Shown here one piece after another: positions 20,071-30,535 of a stretch of DNA of 64,000 nucleotides. A model generated the notes under the pieces. It did not search any database. It was given only the letters and a program-made list of their open reading frames with translations, and was not told the DNA's origin. Each line of letters begins with the position of its first letter. Within the stretch, counting starts at the first letter, position 1. Location: NCBI GenBank assembly GCA_963705705.1, contig CAVPKK010000007.1, positions 160,001-224,000 on the forward strand, in the 5' to 3' direction. Origin of the DNA: an uncultured bacterium. Its GTDB lineage: Bacteria > Babelota > Babeliae > Babelales > JABCYS01. The position numbers were made by a program, and so were the translations under genes.

Positions 20071-22182
20071 ATGAGCCAGCAAATCAAACTACTATTTTCA
20101 CTATTAACTGCCCTCGCGGTCTGTCCCCTTATTGGTAGATCAGACTCGCCAAGTAGTTCATCATCAAGTTCATTAACGGCCAATATGACAGACGCTGCTG
20201 AATCCGGTCGGACTAAGCGAAAACCATTTGGTGCCTATAATGGCAAAATAGAAGCAGAAGAGCATGATTCGATCCATGCGAAAAAATCATTAAGGTCATC
20301 TGTTTTTTCTACGGGAGACAATTCTAGCCGACCTGAAAAAGCTTCAACTGCAGTATTAATAATCGATAAGGAAAATAGCCCGCCATCTATCTTACATGGT
20401 TTGAACGCGCCAATACCCATTCCAGTAAATAAAGTTGTAAGCATACCTGCTTGGTATTATGCAAGCCCATTATTCAAACTTACCTTTGAACATCTTAATT
20501 ATGCAGACCTAACTGAAGCTCGAAGTGTGTCAAAAGCTTTTCATGCACTGGCGCCACAGGTGCTTATGCCAACCGGTCAACATTGGGTGACTCAGTTTAT
20601 TAAAAGATTCGCGCGTGCAAAAACTGCCACCGAAAAATTTAATGCTTATAGGGATGTTGTCTCCGCCGTTGGTCGCTGCCCTAATCCGATCGTAAAGATT
20701 GAAGAGATCGTGCATGACTATTACAGACGTGTACCAAATGAGTTGCAGTTTTGGGATGGCGAAGGGGATAAGATTCCTAATCTCGCAAAGGATATATTAC
20801 GCAACGAGCTTGGTGCTGTTTTAAATGAAATAAAAAAAGTGAAAGCTAAAAAGCAACGTACGTGCGCCGCACTAAAACAACAAGCACACCAAGCAGATGC
20901 GGCCAGGGAGCTCGATGAACTCAATGCGCGATATGGAAAAATTTTAGGACCATTAAAAACAAAGCAAGCACAGATAGTTGATGCATTAATGCCTTCCCTC
21001 CGCGCGCTTTGCCCCTATGCCACAGCCAGCATGATATTACATGGGCTTACCGGCAAGCAAATCCTTCCAGAGATGCTGCCATTAGTACATGAAAAGGATG
21101 AGGGATTAGATGCGCGAGGTTTGCAAGTAATGGCAAAAAAATTCGCGACCAAGGAATTGGTATCAGTACTTACAGCTTCATGCGTACCATCAGTTCATGA
21201 ATCTTTAGTTACACAGAAAGATCGGTCAGGTCGCGAATCAAGAGCTGCATTGGAACATCATTTTATACAGCCGACCGCTACAGAAAAACTTAATCCAGCT
21301 CGGTTGCCGCATCTGATTATTGATGATCAATTAGATATTCAAATGCGCTTAATAAGATTAGAGCAGCTAAACCAAGCGCGCAATGATATTATTTTGCACA
21401 AAAGATTTTTTCCTATACGCCTGATCGAAACGGCATACTGGCAGCAAAAGAATAGCACCCATCAGTTTCTAATTACGCGAATTAACTCATATATAAAAGG
21501 ATTAGAGTTACCAGAGAAACAACCAAATGATATTGTGACTGCTCACATTCTTAGACTCATCAGGACTCTCATTATTACCCTTGATCCACATGAGTTAGCA
21601 GACTGCAAATTGATATCTCGCGTGTGCGAAGGTTGGCATACTTTTCTCGATTCACGAAACCCGCTTGATCGCAACGAAATTTTGCAAGAGATTGCTTATC
21701 TTGCAGATAGAGCTCTTGATATAGGCAATGGTTCTGAATATGCCTACGATCTTGCAGCCGCCGAATTCGCGCATATAAAGCTCAACAATAATGAAAAGGC
21801 TGATCAATATTACGACCAACTGTTCACTGAATATAAATGCGAGGAAATTTTGGATTATTTAAATGCCAGTATTGTATCAGTAAAGTTAGCTGCTCATTAT
21901 AAAAATAATCAACCAGAGAAAGCAAAGCGGCACGGCAGTACAGCACTTAAAAGATTGAATCGGGCAATGGAATTAATGCCTCTTGTAAGCCATAGACTTT
22001 CTTCACCGGTGCAGTACTTCAAGAAATGCGCGGATATTATGGATCAGCTAAGCGAATTTTTGACTACTCATCAAGTAGGAGCTCTCGTTGTGAAAAAGGT
22101 ACATACGTGCCACGAAGTAATTAAAACCAAAATTCAACAATTCGGGTTCATAAGCTCAACCGTTGAAGGCGTCATACATTGA
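20071..22182 (+). CDS. Secreted F-box-like/TPR-like effector paralogue 4 (subfamily B)
   Basis: MSQQIKLLFSLL start; FEHLNYADLTEARSVSKAF; ARAKTATEKFNAYRD. Confidence 0.85.
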   Translation: MSQQIKLLFSLLTALAVCPLIGRSDSPSSSSSSSLTANMTDAAESGRTKRKPFGAYNGKIEAEEHDSIHAKKSLRSSVFSTGDNSSRPEKASTAVLIIDKENSPPSILHGLNAPIPIPVNKVVSIPAWYYASPLFKLTFEHLNYADLTEARSVSKAFHALAPQVLMPTGQHWVTQFIKRFARAKTATEKFNAYRDVVSAVGRCPNPIVKIEEIVHDYYRRVPNELQFWDGEGDKIPNLAKDILRNELGAVLNEIKKVKAKKQRTCAALKQQAHQADAARELDELNARYGKILGPLKTKQAQIVDALMPSLRALCPYATASMILHGLTGKQILPEMLPLVHEKDEGLDARGLQVMAKKFATKELVSVLTASCVPSVHESLVTQKDRSGRESRAALEHHFIQPTATEKLNPARLPHLIIDDQLDIQMRLIRLEQLNQARNDIILHKRFFPIRLIETAYWQQKNSTHQFLITRINSYIKGLELPEKQPNDIVTAHILRLIRTLIITLDPHELADCKLISRVCEGWHTFLDSRNPLDRNEILQEIAYLADRALDIGNGSEYAYDLAAAEFAHIKLNNNEKADQYYDQLFTEYKCEEILDYLNASIVSVKLAAHYKNNQPEKAKRHGSTALKRLNRAMELMPLVSHRLSSPVQYFKKCADIMDQLSEFLTTHQVGALVVKKVHTCHEVIKTKIQQFGFISSTVEGVIH

Positions 22183-22211
22183 TCTGGCCTTTAACAAATG
22201 GAGGAATAAAC

Positions 22212-24326
22212 ATGAATTCAATTAAATTATATATTTTATTACTGACCATCTGGGCATGTCCCCTTATGGCGACATCCGACACGCCTAGCAGTTCATCATC
22301 AAGTTCATTAACTGCCCTCATGTCAGATACCGCAGAATCAAGCCGCATCAAGCGAAAAGCGATTGGCCCCTCTTATGAAGAAGTAGAAGCAGAGGAACGA
22401 AATTTAATACATGCGCAAAAGACATTACGATCAAATAACAGACCGTCTGCTTTTTCTGTGGCAGATGATTCTGACCCACTAGAGGCAGCTTCAAGTTCAA
22501 CTTTGATACCCAATTATGAAAATAGCCCGGCGTCTGCATTATATAGACCGAGTAGTTCGATCCTCGCTCCAATATCTCGAATTGGAAATATTCCTCCTTG
22601 GTTTTATGCCCATGAACAATCGCTCCTTAAATTCACCTTTGAATATCTTAACTTTGCAGATCTAACCCTAGCTCGCCGTGTGTCGAAGGCTTTTAATACC
22701 ATGGCACCGCAGGTAATCATGCCAACAGGTCAGCAATGGATTACATGGTGCACAGCAAAATTTGATAAAGCGAAAAATGAATCTTGCCAATTCCAGGCAA
22801 TAAAAGAGATTATCGCCGCCACCGGACGCTGCCCCAATGCCATCGCAAATCTCAGACAGATCGTGGCTGGATATTTCAAACAAGTACCAGCAAAATTACG
22901 ATTTTGGAATTCAGCTCGCAAGGGTAAAGCTGCGGCTCACAAAGATGCATTGCGCGCTGATTTGGGCAAAATCCTAGATCGCATAACAGAGCTTGAATCG
23001 GGACATCAAAAAGCTCGCGAAGCCGTAAAAATGCAAGCCCAGCAATCAACGGTAGAAAAAGATCTTGCCGCTCTAACAGTGTTGCAGGAAAAGGCCCTTG
23101 CACCATTGAAAGAAGAAAAACAAAAGATCATCGATCTTTTATTTCCTGCCCTTAATGCACTTTGGCCCTACGAATTAGCTAACACAATTTTAACGGAGCT
23201 TGATAAATCGGGTCTGCCTGAACATCTGCCAATCGTGCCTAAAAACCTTGAGTTAGGCAGCCTAGGCATCGCAGCAATTGCCAAAAAAAGAAAAATAATT
23301 AGAGAAAGCCTATCGTATTTGGCTGCGGCATGTTTACCATCTGTTCACGCTTCTTTATTTGCCTTGAATAACGATATTGTATGCCTAGACGAAGCACGCC
23401 GTGATGCTAAAGAGCATATAGAAAAACGCCTTAAGGAACCGGTGGTCGCACATGAATTTGATCTAGCAACCTCACTTTATAACGACCAGACTGACCTTAA
23501 ATATTACCAAATAAAAATTGAACAATTACGCCAGACCTTGAAGAATATTATTTTGAAGGAAAGATCGATCCCCAGAAATGTGATCGAACGCAACCTGACA
23601 TCAATGGAAGCCGATTACATTAACTTTATTCGCAATAGGATTGAGAAATATCTCACTGCTCTAAAAGAGCCAGACCAAACTAAAAAAGATGCAATATCTA
23701 ACCATATATTGACGTTAATTAATTGCGCGCTTCAACCAGATGAAGAGGCGGAATTAGATGCATGCATCAGCCGCGTTAATATGGTTATGAATTCCTGCTA
23801 TAATTTTTTGACAAAAAATAGTCATCCACGGTACTGGAAGCATGCTGCATATTTTGCGGCAAGAGTAATAGCTTTAGTTGGCTATCGCTCATTATCATCC
23901 CTCAGTAACGCAGCAATACTGCACTTTAACGCTGGCGCTTTCAAACAGGCAGTTCAATATTTTGATCTAATACTTAGGTTTAAGACCAATGTTAATTTTC
24001 TGGATTTTATACAAGCCGGCAGATTTTCAGTAACCCTTGCTCATCGATGTTCGAATGAAAAGGAAGCAGAACGGCACTTCAAGGCTGCTTCGGAAAAATT
24101 CGCAAATGCCATGGCGAAATTACCTACTGCGCATTATCACGAGCTAAAAAGCAGTTCCGAAGAACTCAATTTTCTTGATTTACCATGCTATCAAAGCCGA
24201 AAAATGCAAGCTCTAGCGGTTCAGATACAGGAATTACGCGCAGCAATTAATGCAAAAATTATTGAAATAGAAAAAAAGGCATCCGCAAAAGCCGCTGACA
24301 GCAATGATCATGCAGATAAAAAATGA
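22212..24326 (+). CDS. Secreted F-box-like/TPR-like effector paralogue 5 (subfamily A)
   Basis: ggagg RBS; YAHEQSLLKFTFEYLNFADLTLARRVSKAF; FALNNDIVCLD shared with paralogues 1 and 2. Confidence 0.85.
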   Translation: MNSIKLYILLLTIWACPLMATSDTPSSSSSSSLTALMSDTAESSRIKRKAIGPSYEEVEAEERNLIHAQKTLRSNNRPSAFSVADDSDPLEAASSSTLIPNYENSPASALYRPSSSILAPISRIGNIPPWFYAHEQSLLKFTFEYLNFADLTLARRVSKAFNTMAPQVIMPTGQQWITWCTAKFDKAKNESCQFQAIKEIIAATGRCPNAIANLRQIVAGYFKQVPAKLRFWNSARKGKAAAHKDALRADLGKILDRITELESGHQKAREAVKMQAQQSTVEKDLAALTVLQEKALAPLKEEKQKIIDLLFPALNALWPYELANTILTELDKSGLPEHLPIVPKNLELGSLGIAAIAKKRKIIRESLSYLAAACLPSVHASLFALNNDIVCLDEARRDAKEHIEKRLKEPVVAHEFDLATSLYNDQTDLKYYQIKIEQLRQTLKNIILKERSIPRNVIERNLTSMEADYINFIRNRIEKYLTALKEPDQTKKDAISNHILTLINCALQPDEEAELDACISRVNMVMNSCYNFLTKNSHPRYWKHAAYFAARVIALVGYRSLSSLSNAAILHFNAGAFKQAVQYFDLILRFKTNVNFLDFIQAGRFSVTLAHRCSNEKEAERHFKAASEKFANAMAKLPTAHYHELKSSSEELNFLDLPCYQSRKMQALAVQIQELRAAINAKIIEIEKKASAKAADSNDHADKK

Positions 24327-24358
24327 CAATTAATAGCACCAAAAATGGAGCAAAAACA

Positions 24359-26281
24359 ATGAGCCATCAATGCAAACTACTATTCTCACTACTAACTGCC
24401 CTTGCGGTCATACCCCTCATGGCGACATCCGACACGCCAAGCAGTTCATCATCCAGTTCTTTGATGGCCCACACGTCGTTGGATACACCAGCCTCAAAGA
24501 TACCAACTTGGTATTATGCGAGCCCATTTTTCAAACTTACCTTTGAACAACTTAATTACGTAGACCTAACGACAGCCCGAAGTGTATCGAAAGCTTTTCA
24601 TGCAATGGCACCACAGGTACTTATGCCAACCGGTCAAAAGTGGGTGGCTCAGTTTATGCGAAGATTCGCGCGGGCAAAAACTGCCACCGAAAAATATAAT
24701 GCTTATAGGGATATTATTTCAGCCGCTGGGCGATGCCCTAATGCGATCGCAGAGCTTGAAGAGATTGTAAACGGCTATTATATACATGTACCGGAAGAGT
24801 TATGTTTTTGGGATGGCGAAAGAGAGCCTGTTACGGCAAAAGATGATTTACGCAACGAACTCGGTACCATTTTAGATGAAATAGAAAAGGTGAAAGCAGA
24901 AAGGCAATGTAACTTCCTTGCAGTAAAGCAACAAGCACCCCAAGCCAATGTGGACAGAGAAATTGAGGAACTGAGTTCACGATATGAACAAATTTTAAGA
25001 CCATTAAAACAAAAACAAGCCGAAATCGTTGGCGCCTTGATGCCTGCTCTTCGTGCCCTTTGCCCTTATACCACTGCTAGTATTATGGTAGAAGAGCTTA
25101 ATGGCAATCAACTCCTTGCCGATTTCCTGCCACTTGTCCATGAACAAGATGACGAATTAATTACGCAAGATGTAAAAAAAATGGCAAAAAAATACAAGAT
25201 TAAGGATTGCCAAGGGGTTAATTGCGTTCCAGCACTTACAGCGGCATGCTTACCAGCTGTTCATGCATCTTTAACGACACAAAAAAATGGGGCAGGGTTC
25301 GTAGCAAAAGAAGAATTAGAGCAGCAGCTTATTCGACGGGTTTTTTCAGACAAATTTGATCCGGACGGGTTACCTGGTTTGATTACTGCTGATCAACAAG
25401 CACTCCAGTTGCGTTTAATAAAATTAGAGCATTTAAAGCAAGCGAAAAATGATGTTATTTTGCACCAACGATCGGTATCGAAGCAGGAGCTTGAAACAGC
25501 ATACTGGACTCTGAAGGATAGCATTCATCAGTTTCTAATTAAGCGAATTCACGCATATCTAAAGGAATTAGAGTCTGGGAAACTATCAAAAGAGATTATA
25601 ACTGCCCACATTCTTAAACTCTTTAAGACTCTGCTTGATTTAGCTGATCCAAATGAATTAGCAGACTGCAAAGTTAGTAAGCTAGGTGAAGATTGGCATA
25701 TCTTTATCGATTCTCTAGATCCGATTGAACAGGATAAAATTTGGCAACGCATTGCGTATCTTTCCGGTAGAGCCATTGATCTAGCAAGTGGTCAAGCGTA
25801 TGCAGCCGATCTTGGAATTGCTGCAATCGCACATGTAAGAGCCAAAGATTACGAAAAGGCTGATCAATATTACGGCAAATTGTTCGTTGCTTTTGGTGAT
25901 ACGGCGGAACCTCTGGAGTATTTTAATTCCGGCGTTATTTCACTGGCGTTAGCTGCTAATTATTTTAAAAATCATCAGCCAGAAAAAGTAATGGCCCATT
26001 GCAATACTGCAATTGTAAGATTAAACCGAACCATCCAGTTGATACCTCTTATAAAATCTGTGAAATCCTTTGATGTTTTACCGGTTTCAACCAAGATATT
26101 AGAACAAACTTCTACTGAGCAGATAAGCGCTATTCAGCACGTACACGCGAAGCTAAAAGAATGCCAAGAAGCAATTTGTAAAAAAATGGAAGAACTCAAT
26201 AACGCAAAACGTACAACTAGCACAGAAATCGTTCATTTCCCTCTTATTCGGAATTGGAACGAATTTTGGGGCATAGAATAA
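24359..26281 (+). CDS. Secreted F-box-like/TPR-like effector paralogue 6 (subfamily B, lacks KRK segment)
   Basis: FEQLNYVDLTTARSVSKAF; ARAKTATEKYNAYRD; N-terminal linker is deleted. Confidence 0.85.
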   Translation: MSHQCKLLFSLLTALAVIPLMATSDTPSSSSSSSLMAHTSLDTPASKIPTWYYASPFFKLTFEQLNYVDLTTARSVSKAFHAMAPQVLMPTGQKWVAQFMRRFARAKTATEKYNAYRDIISAAGRCPNAIAELEEIVNGYYIHVPEELCFWDGEREPVTAKDDLRNELGTILDEIEKVKAERQCNFLAVKQQAPQANVDREIEELSSRYEQILRPLKQKQAEIVGALMPALRALCPYTTASIMVEELNGNQLLADFLPLVHEQDDELITQDVKKMAKKYKIKDCQGVNCVPALTAACLPAVHASLTTQKNGAGFVAKEELEQQLIRRVFSDKFDPDGLPGLITADQQALQLRLIKLEHLKQAKNDVILHQRSVSKQELETAYWTLKDSIHQFLIKRIHAYLKELESGKLSKEIITAHILKLFKTLLDLADPNELADCKVSKLGEDWHIFIDSLDPIEQDKIWQRIAYLSGRAIDLASGQAYAADLGIAAIAHVRAKDYEKADQYYGKLFVAFGDTAEPLEYFNSGVISLALAANYFKNHQPEKVMAHCNTAIVRLNRTIQLIPLIKSVKSFDVLPVSTKILEQTSTEQISAIQHVHAKLKECQEAICKKMEELNNAKRTTSTEIVHFPLIRNWNEFWGIE

Positions 26282-26296
26282 AATAGAGAAATAAAC

Positions 26297-28324
26297 ATGA
26301 ATTCTAAACTATATATCTCATTATTAGCTATTTTGGCAGTCGGACCCCTTATGGCGACATCAGATACGCCAAGCAGTAGCAGTTCATCATCAAGTTCATT
26401 GACGGCAAATATGTCGGATGCAACGGAATCTAAACGCGCTAAGCGAAAAGGGATTCATGCTGCTATCGTGCATGATATCGCCGAGGAAGAAGAGGAATCT
26501 TCTACGCGTCAGAAAACTTTACGGATAAGCGAAACTCCATCAACGTTGTCCCTACCAATATCCTTTAGTCCTAACCCAATAAGCCCCTCGCCAAGCCCTA
26601 CTATAGTTTCTTCACCTTCACCCTCAGTCGTTATAATTGCGCCTAAAAGCAAAGCTAAATTCTTTCCGGCTCAGTTTTATAGCAGTCCGTTCTTGAAGCC
26701 GAGCTTTGAGTATCTTGATTTTACCGATTTGAGTGCAGCACGCCGGGTATCGAAAAACTTTACTGCCTTCAAGGACATGGCATCACAGGTGCTCATGCCT
26801 TCAGCCCAACAATGGGTTGCCTTATTTGTACAAAAGTTAGACGAAGCAAAAACGGCTACCCAACAGCATCAGGTATTCGTGGATGCCATTGCAGCAATTG
26901 CGCGTTGTCCGAATGCGATTGTAAAACTGCGAGCAGTGGTGAAAAATTACTACAAAGATGTACCAAAAGAATTGCGCTTTTGGAATATGAATGCCAAAGA
27001 CAAAATATTGCCTATTAAAAGCAAAACCGATTTGCGGAACGAACTAGTCACTATTACAGACCGTATTGCAGTACTAAAATCCCAACCCGCAAACGGAGCC
27101 AATGAAGAGCTTGCGCAATTAAAAGAACAACAGCAAAAGATAGTGGAAACATTGCTACCATCTCTTCATGCACTTTGCCCCTATGCGACTGCCCATATGA
27201 TATTATTAGAACTTGGCGATCAACCTGGGCTTCCTGAAAATTTACCAGCTTTAGCTAAACACAAAACGAATTTAGAAGATCGCGTATTACAAATACTTGC
27301 AAAAAAAATTAGCCCAAGAGGCCTTGTCTCAAAACTCGCCGCTCAACTCCTACCACCGATTCATGCAGCTTTAGCTACACAAACCGATAGACTGAGTCGT
27401 GAATTAAGGCCAATGCTAGAACTTCGCTTAATGCAAGCAGTTTCTCAACGCCCTTTTGATCTCTCATTATCTCCTAACATTCTAATCACGAATGACCAAC
27501 AAGATATACAGTTGTATGACCAGAAAATTTTGCAGCTATGGCAAGCGACTAAGTACATTATCTTGAAGGATAAAAAAATCAGCAGAATGGAGCTTGAAGA
27601 GGCATTAGCAAAGATGAGAAAGGATCGTCTTTCATTTGTTCTGAGTCGGGTTGCAAGCTATCTCAAGCTAATACAAGAAAAACCACAATTATTGGAAAAA
27701 AAAGCCGTAGTCCACCATCTATATCAATTGTTAACGGGGATCTTCGATGCTGTTCGCACATCCGAACTAGATGAATGCAGAGCTATTGCAAAAATTCCTG
27801 CTATCCCACATTGGCTTACATTTATCGATTTGCTTACTCCAAAAGCAAAATTGAAGATCATTGACCGTATTGCCTTTGCCGCGGATAGAGCTGTTATTCT
27901 TGCTAGGGCCTCATTAGCACCGGATGATCTTAGAATCGCCGCACGCAATAATGCCGAACTACATTCATTTAAAGAAGCTTCAAAGCATTATGATAAATTA
28001 ATTACGGAATTTGGTTTTATGACGACAGCAATCGATTATTTGGAAGCTAGCTTTACCCATATAGCCTCAAATTATCTTAAATCTGAAACTGCTAAATCTC
28101 ACTTGGACATTGCAACCGAATATATAATTAGCGCTCAGCAAATATTCCGAAATTTAACGTTGCATCAATTAAAACATTGTTCAGCAAACGTTTCCAATCT
28201 ATGCAAAAAATATTCTGCTCTGGCGAAGCGAAATCCTGAGCTGGCAGATTTAGCAGCTTCTGTACGTGAAATCGAAAAGGTAATAATTCCAGAGACAATT
28301 AAGAAGTTGAGAGAGCCTAAATAA
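26297..28324 (+). CDS. Secreted F-box-like/TPR-like effector paralogue 7 (subfamily C)
   Basis: SPSP-rich linker; FPAQFYSSPFLKPSFEYLDFTDLSAARRVSKNF. Confidence 0.85.
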   Translation: MNSKLYISLLAILAVGPLMATSDTPSSSSSSSSSLTANMSDATESKRAKRKGIHAAIVHDIAEEEEESSTRQKTLRISETPSTLSLPISFSPNPISPSPSPTIVSSPSPSVVIIAPKSKAKFFPAQFYSSPFLKPSFEYLDFTDLSAARRVSKNFTAFKDMASQVLMPSAQQWVALFVQKLDEAKTATQQHQVFVDAIAAIARCPNAIVKLRAVVKNYYKDVPKELRFWNMNAKDKILPIKSKTDLRNELVTITDRIAVLKSQPANGANEELAQLKEQQQKIVETLLPSLHALCPYATAHMILLELGDQPGLPENLPALAKHKTNLEDRVLQILAKKISPRGLVSKLAAQLLPPIHAALATQTDRLSRELRPMLELRLMQAVSQRPFDLSLSPNILITNDQQDIQLYDQKILQLWQATKYIILKDKKISRMELEEALAKMRKDRLSFVLSRVASYLKLIQEKPQLLEKKAVVHHLYQLLTGIFDAVRTSELDECRAIAKIPAIPHWLTFIDLLTPKAKLKIIDRIAFAADRAVILARASLAPDDLRIAARNNAELHSFKEASKHYDKLITEFGFMTTAIDYLEASFTHIASNYLKSETAKSHLDIATEYIISAQQIFRNLTLHQLKHCSANVSNLCKKYSALAKRNPELADLAASVREIEKVIIPETIKKLREPK

Positions 28325-28365
28325 GCGAAAAGCAAAAAATAAATTCTACAATGGAGATTAAAAAC

Positions 28366-30501
28366 ATGATTACGAACAAACTAGTTTATATACTACTTAT
28401 TGCCACTATCGCAATTAATCTTAAAGCCACAGCAGATACCCCGTCATCGCCTGCATCTATGTCGGATGCAATAGATGCAGTGCCTCAAAACAATAAACGA
28501 AAAGCGAATGGTGCCATCCATCAAGAAAATGCGGCGGAAGAAGAAAACTCAAGGCTCGGCCAAAAAGCATTAAGAATGAGTGCGGTTGCATCGTCTTTGC
28601 CGGTTACAGATAGTTCTCACCAGCCTGCGGCATCAAGCTCTTCTACAATAACCAATAACAATGTAGCTCTTACGGCTGCTCTACCTGCACCAACCGCCTT
28701 AATAAAGGCCAAGCCACAGATTCCAGCTTGGTATTATGGCAGTCCAATGCACGAAATCACCTTTGAGCATCTTGATTATGCAGATTTGACTTTAGCGCGG
28801 CGCACCTCAAAAGATTTTAAAACAATGGCCAAGCAGGTAATTATGCCTACCGGCCAGAAATGGGTTGCTTGGTTCAAAAATAAGTTCAAAAATGTAAACA
28901 GTGCGCATAAAGAATATCACGCTTTTAAGGATATTATTGCAGCTGCAGCGCGTTGTCCTAATCCGATTGAAAAGCTTCGAGAGATTGTGAGAAATTATTA
29001 TACAAACGTTCCAGCAGCATTACGATTCTGGAACGCCGGCCATGAGCTGCCGGAAATCTCTGCGAGGGTTAGGCTTAACCAAATAATTAGTACTAAGGAT
29101 AATTTGCGTCATGCATTAGGCAATGTTATGGACCAAATTGCAAAACTTGAAGCAGAACAAGCACAAGCTCGTCAAGCAATGGAACAGCATGATCAACCCG
29201 CAGTTGTTGCCAAGGAACTGGCGACGCTCAAAGAGCAACAACAAAAAATTATCGCACCATTGAAAGACCAACAACAAAAGATTATGGATCTTTTACGACC
29301 CTGCCTTTATGCACTGGCTCCATATACTACTGCCAATATTATTCTTTCAGAGTTAGGAGGTAAGGAATTTCCAGAAATATTACCTATACTGCTCGAAAAT
29401 GATCGTTTAGATCCTCAGTGGCTGCTCAGACGACTTGCAAAAAAAATAAGCCCGCAACGAGGATATATAGAAACTCTTGTGGCAGGTTGCATTCCATCGA
29501 TTCATGCATCTTTAGCCGCACAGCACGATTCAATTTCTCGCCCAGCTAAACTTAAAATAGAAAGCCTTTTAACTGCCTCAATTTCACCATCGCACGTTGA
29601 TAATTCTTGTATGCCAAATGAATTAATCGCATATGCCATGAATGATCTTGAGTATTACTATTTAAGAATTACGCAGCTCAGACAAGCCATAGCTTGGGCC
29701 ATTTTAAAGGACAAGGAAATTTCCGAGTTAGACCTTCAGAAAGCTTTATGGAACATAGAAGAGGGCCGAAATAAATTTCTTTTTGATCGAATCCAGTTTT
29801 ATCTGGCTGATCAAAATAAGGCACTGTTGCAAAATGAAATTTTAACTAAACATGTCACGGAACTAATTATTGCTGCGTGTAAAACAGCTCGCCCATCAGA
29901 ATTACAAGATTGCAGAGCTATAGCAGCCGCAGCTTTCGGCCCTTGGAGCCCATTTATTTTGACTTTAAAGCCGAAAGAACGACACACAATATTATGGGAA
30001 AAAGCCTATCGGCAGACCGTAGCTTCGTTTGCTGAGCGAGCAGTTATACTTGCCGCTGATACCTTAACGGCAAATGATCTCAGACGTGCTATTGTTCTCT
30101 GCCATTATGCTTCACAATTATACAAAGTTGCAACTTTTCAAGATCAATTACTCAATGAATTTGGTGGGGAAGTCTCAGTTGTCGATTATTTTAATGCTAG
30201 CCATACGCATGCACAACTAGCATCCATTAATTTAAAATCTAACAACCAAGAAATTGCCAAGCGTCATTATGATGCTGCAACAAAATATCTAGAACGCGCT
30301 CAGCAATTAGGACGTGAAGCAAGCCTAGAGCGTTTGAAAAATAATTCTTCTTCAATCAATAGGCTTGGCGAACAGTTTTCTGATATGGCGGCAAAAAATC
30401 CACAAATAGCTGAATTAGCAACCAAGGCAACCGAATTCATAGCAACTTTTAATGAAAGAATTAATGAGCTGGAAGCAGCGGCGAATCCTCAACCAATATA
30501 A
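28366..30501 (+). CDS. Secreted F-box-like/TPR-like effector paralogue 8 (subfamily D)
   Basis: IPAWYYGSPMHEITFEHLDYADLTLARRTSKDF; ends ELEAAANPQPI. Confidence 0.85.
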   Translation: MITNKLVYILLIATIAINLKATADTPSSPASMSDAIDAVPQNNKRKANGAIHQENAAEEENSRLGQKALRMSAVASSLPVTDSSHQPAASSSSTITNNNVALTAALPAPTALIKAKPQIPAWYYGSPMHEITFEHLDYADLTLARRTSKDFKTMAKQVIMPTGQKWVAWFKNKFKNVNSAHKEYHAFKDIIAAAARCPNPIEKLREIVRNYYTNVPAALRFWNAGHELPEISARVRLNQIISTKDNLRHALGNVMDQIAKLEAEQAQARQAMEQHDQPAVVAKELATLKEQQQKIIAPLKDQQQKIMDLLRPCLYALAPYTTANIILSELGGKEFPEILPILLENDRLDPQWLLRRLAKKISPQRGYIETLVAGCIPSIHASLAAQHDSISRPAKLKIESLLTASISPSHVDNSCMPNELIAYAMNDLEYYYLRITQLRQAIAWAILKDKEISELDLQKALWNIEEGRNKFLFDRIQFYLADQNKALLQNEILTKHVTELIIAACKTARPSELQDCRAIAAAAFGPWSPFILTLKPKERHTILWEKAYRQTVASFAERAVILAADTLTANDLRRAIVLCHYASQLYKVATFQDQLLNEFGGEVSVVDYFNASHTHAQLASINLKSNNQEIAKRHYDAATKYLERAQQLGREASLERLKNNSSSINRLGEQFSDMAAKNPQIAELATKATEFIATFNERINELEAAANPQPI

Positions 30502-30535
30502 GTAACATTAACGAATGGAAAATGGAGGAATAAAT

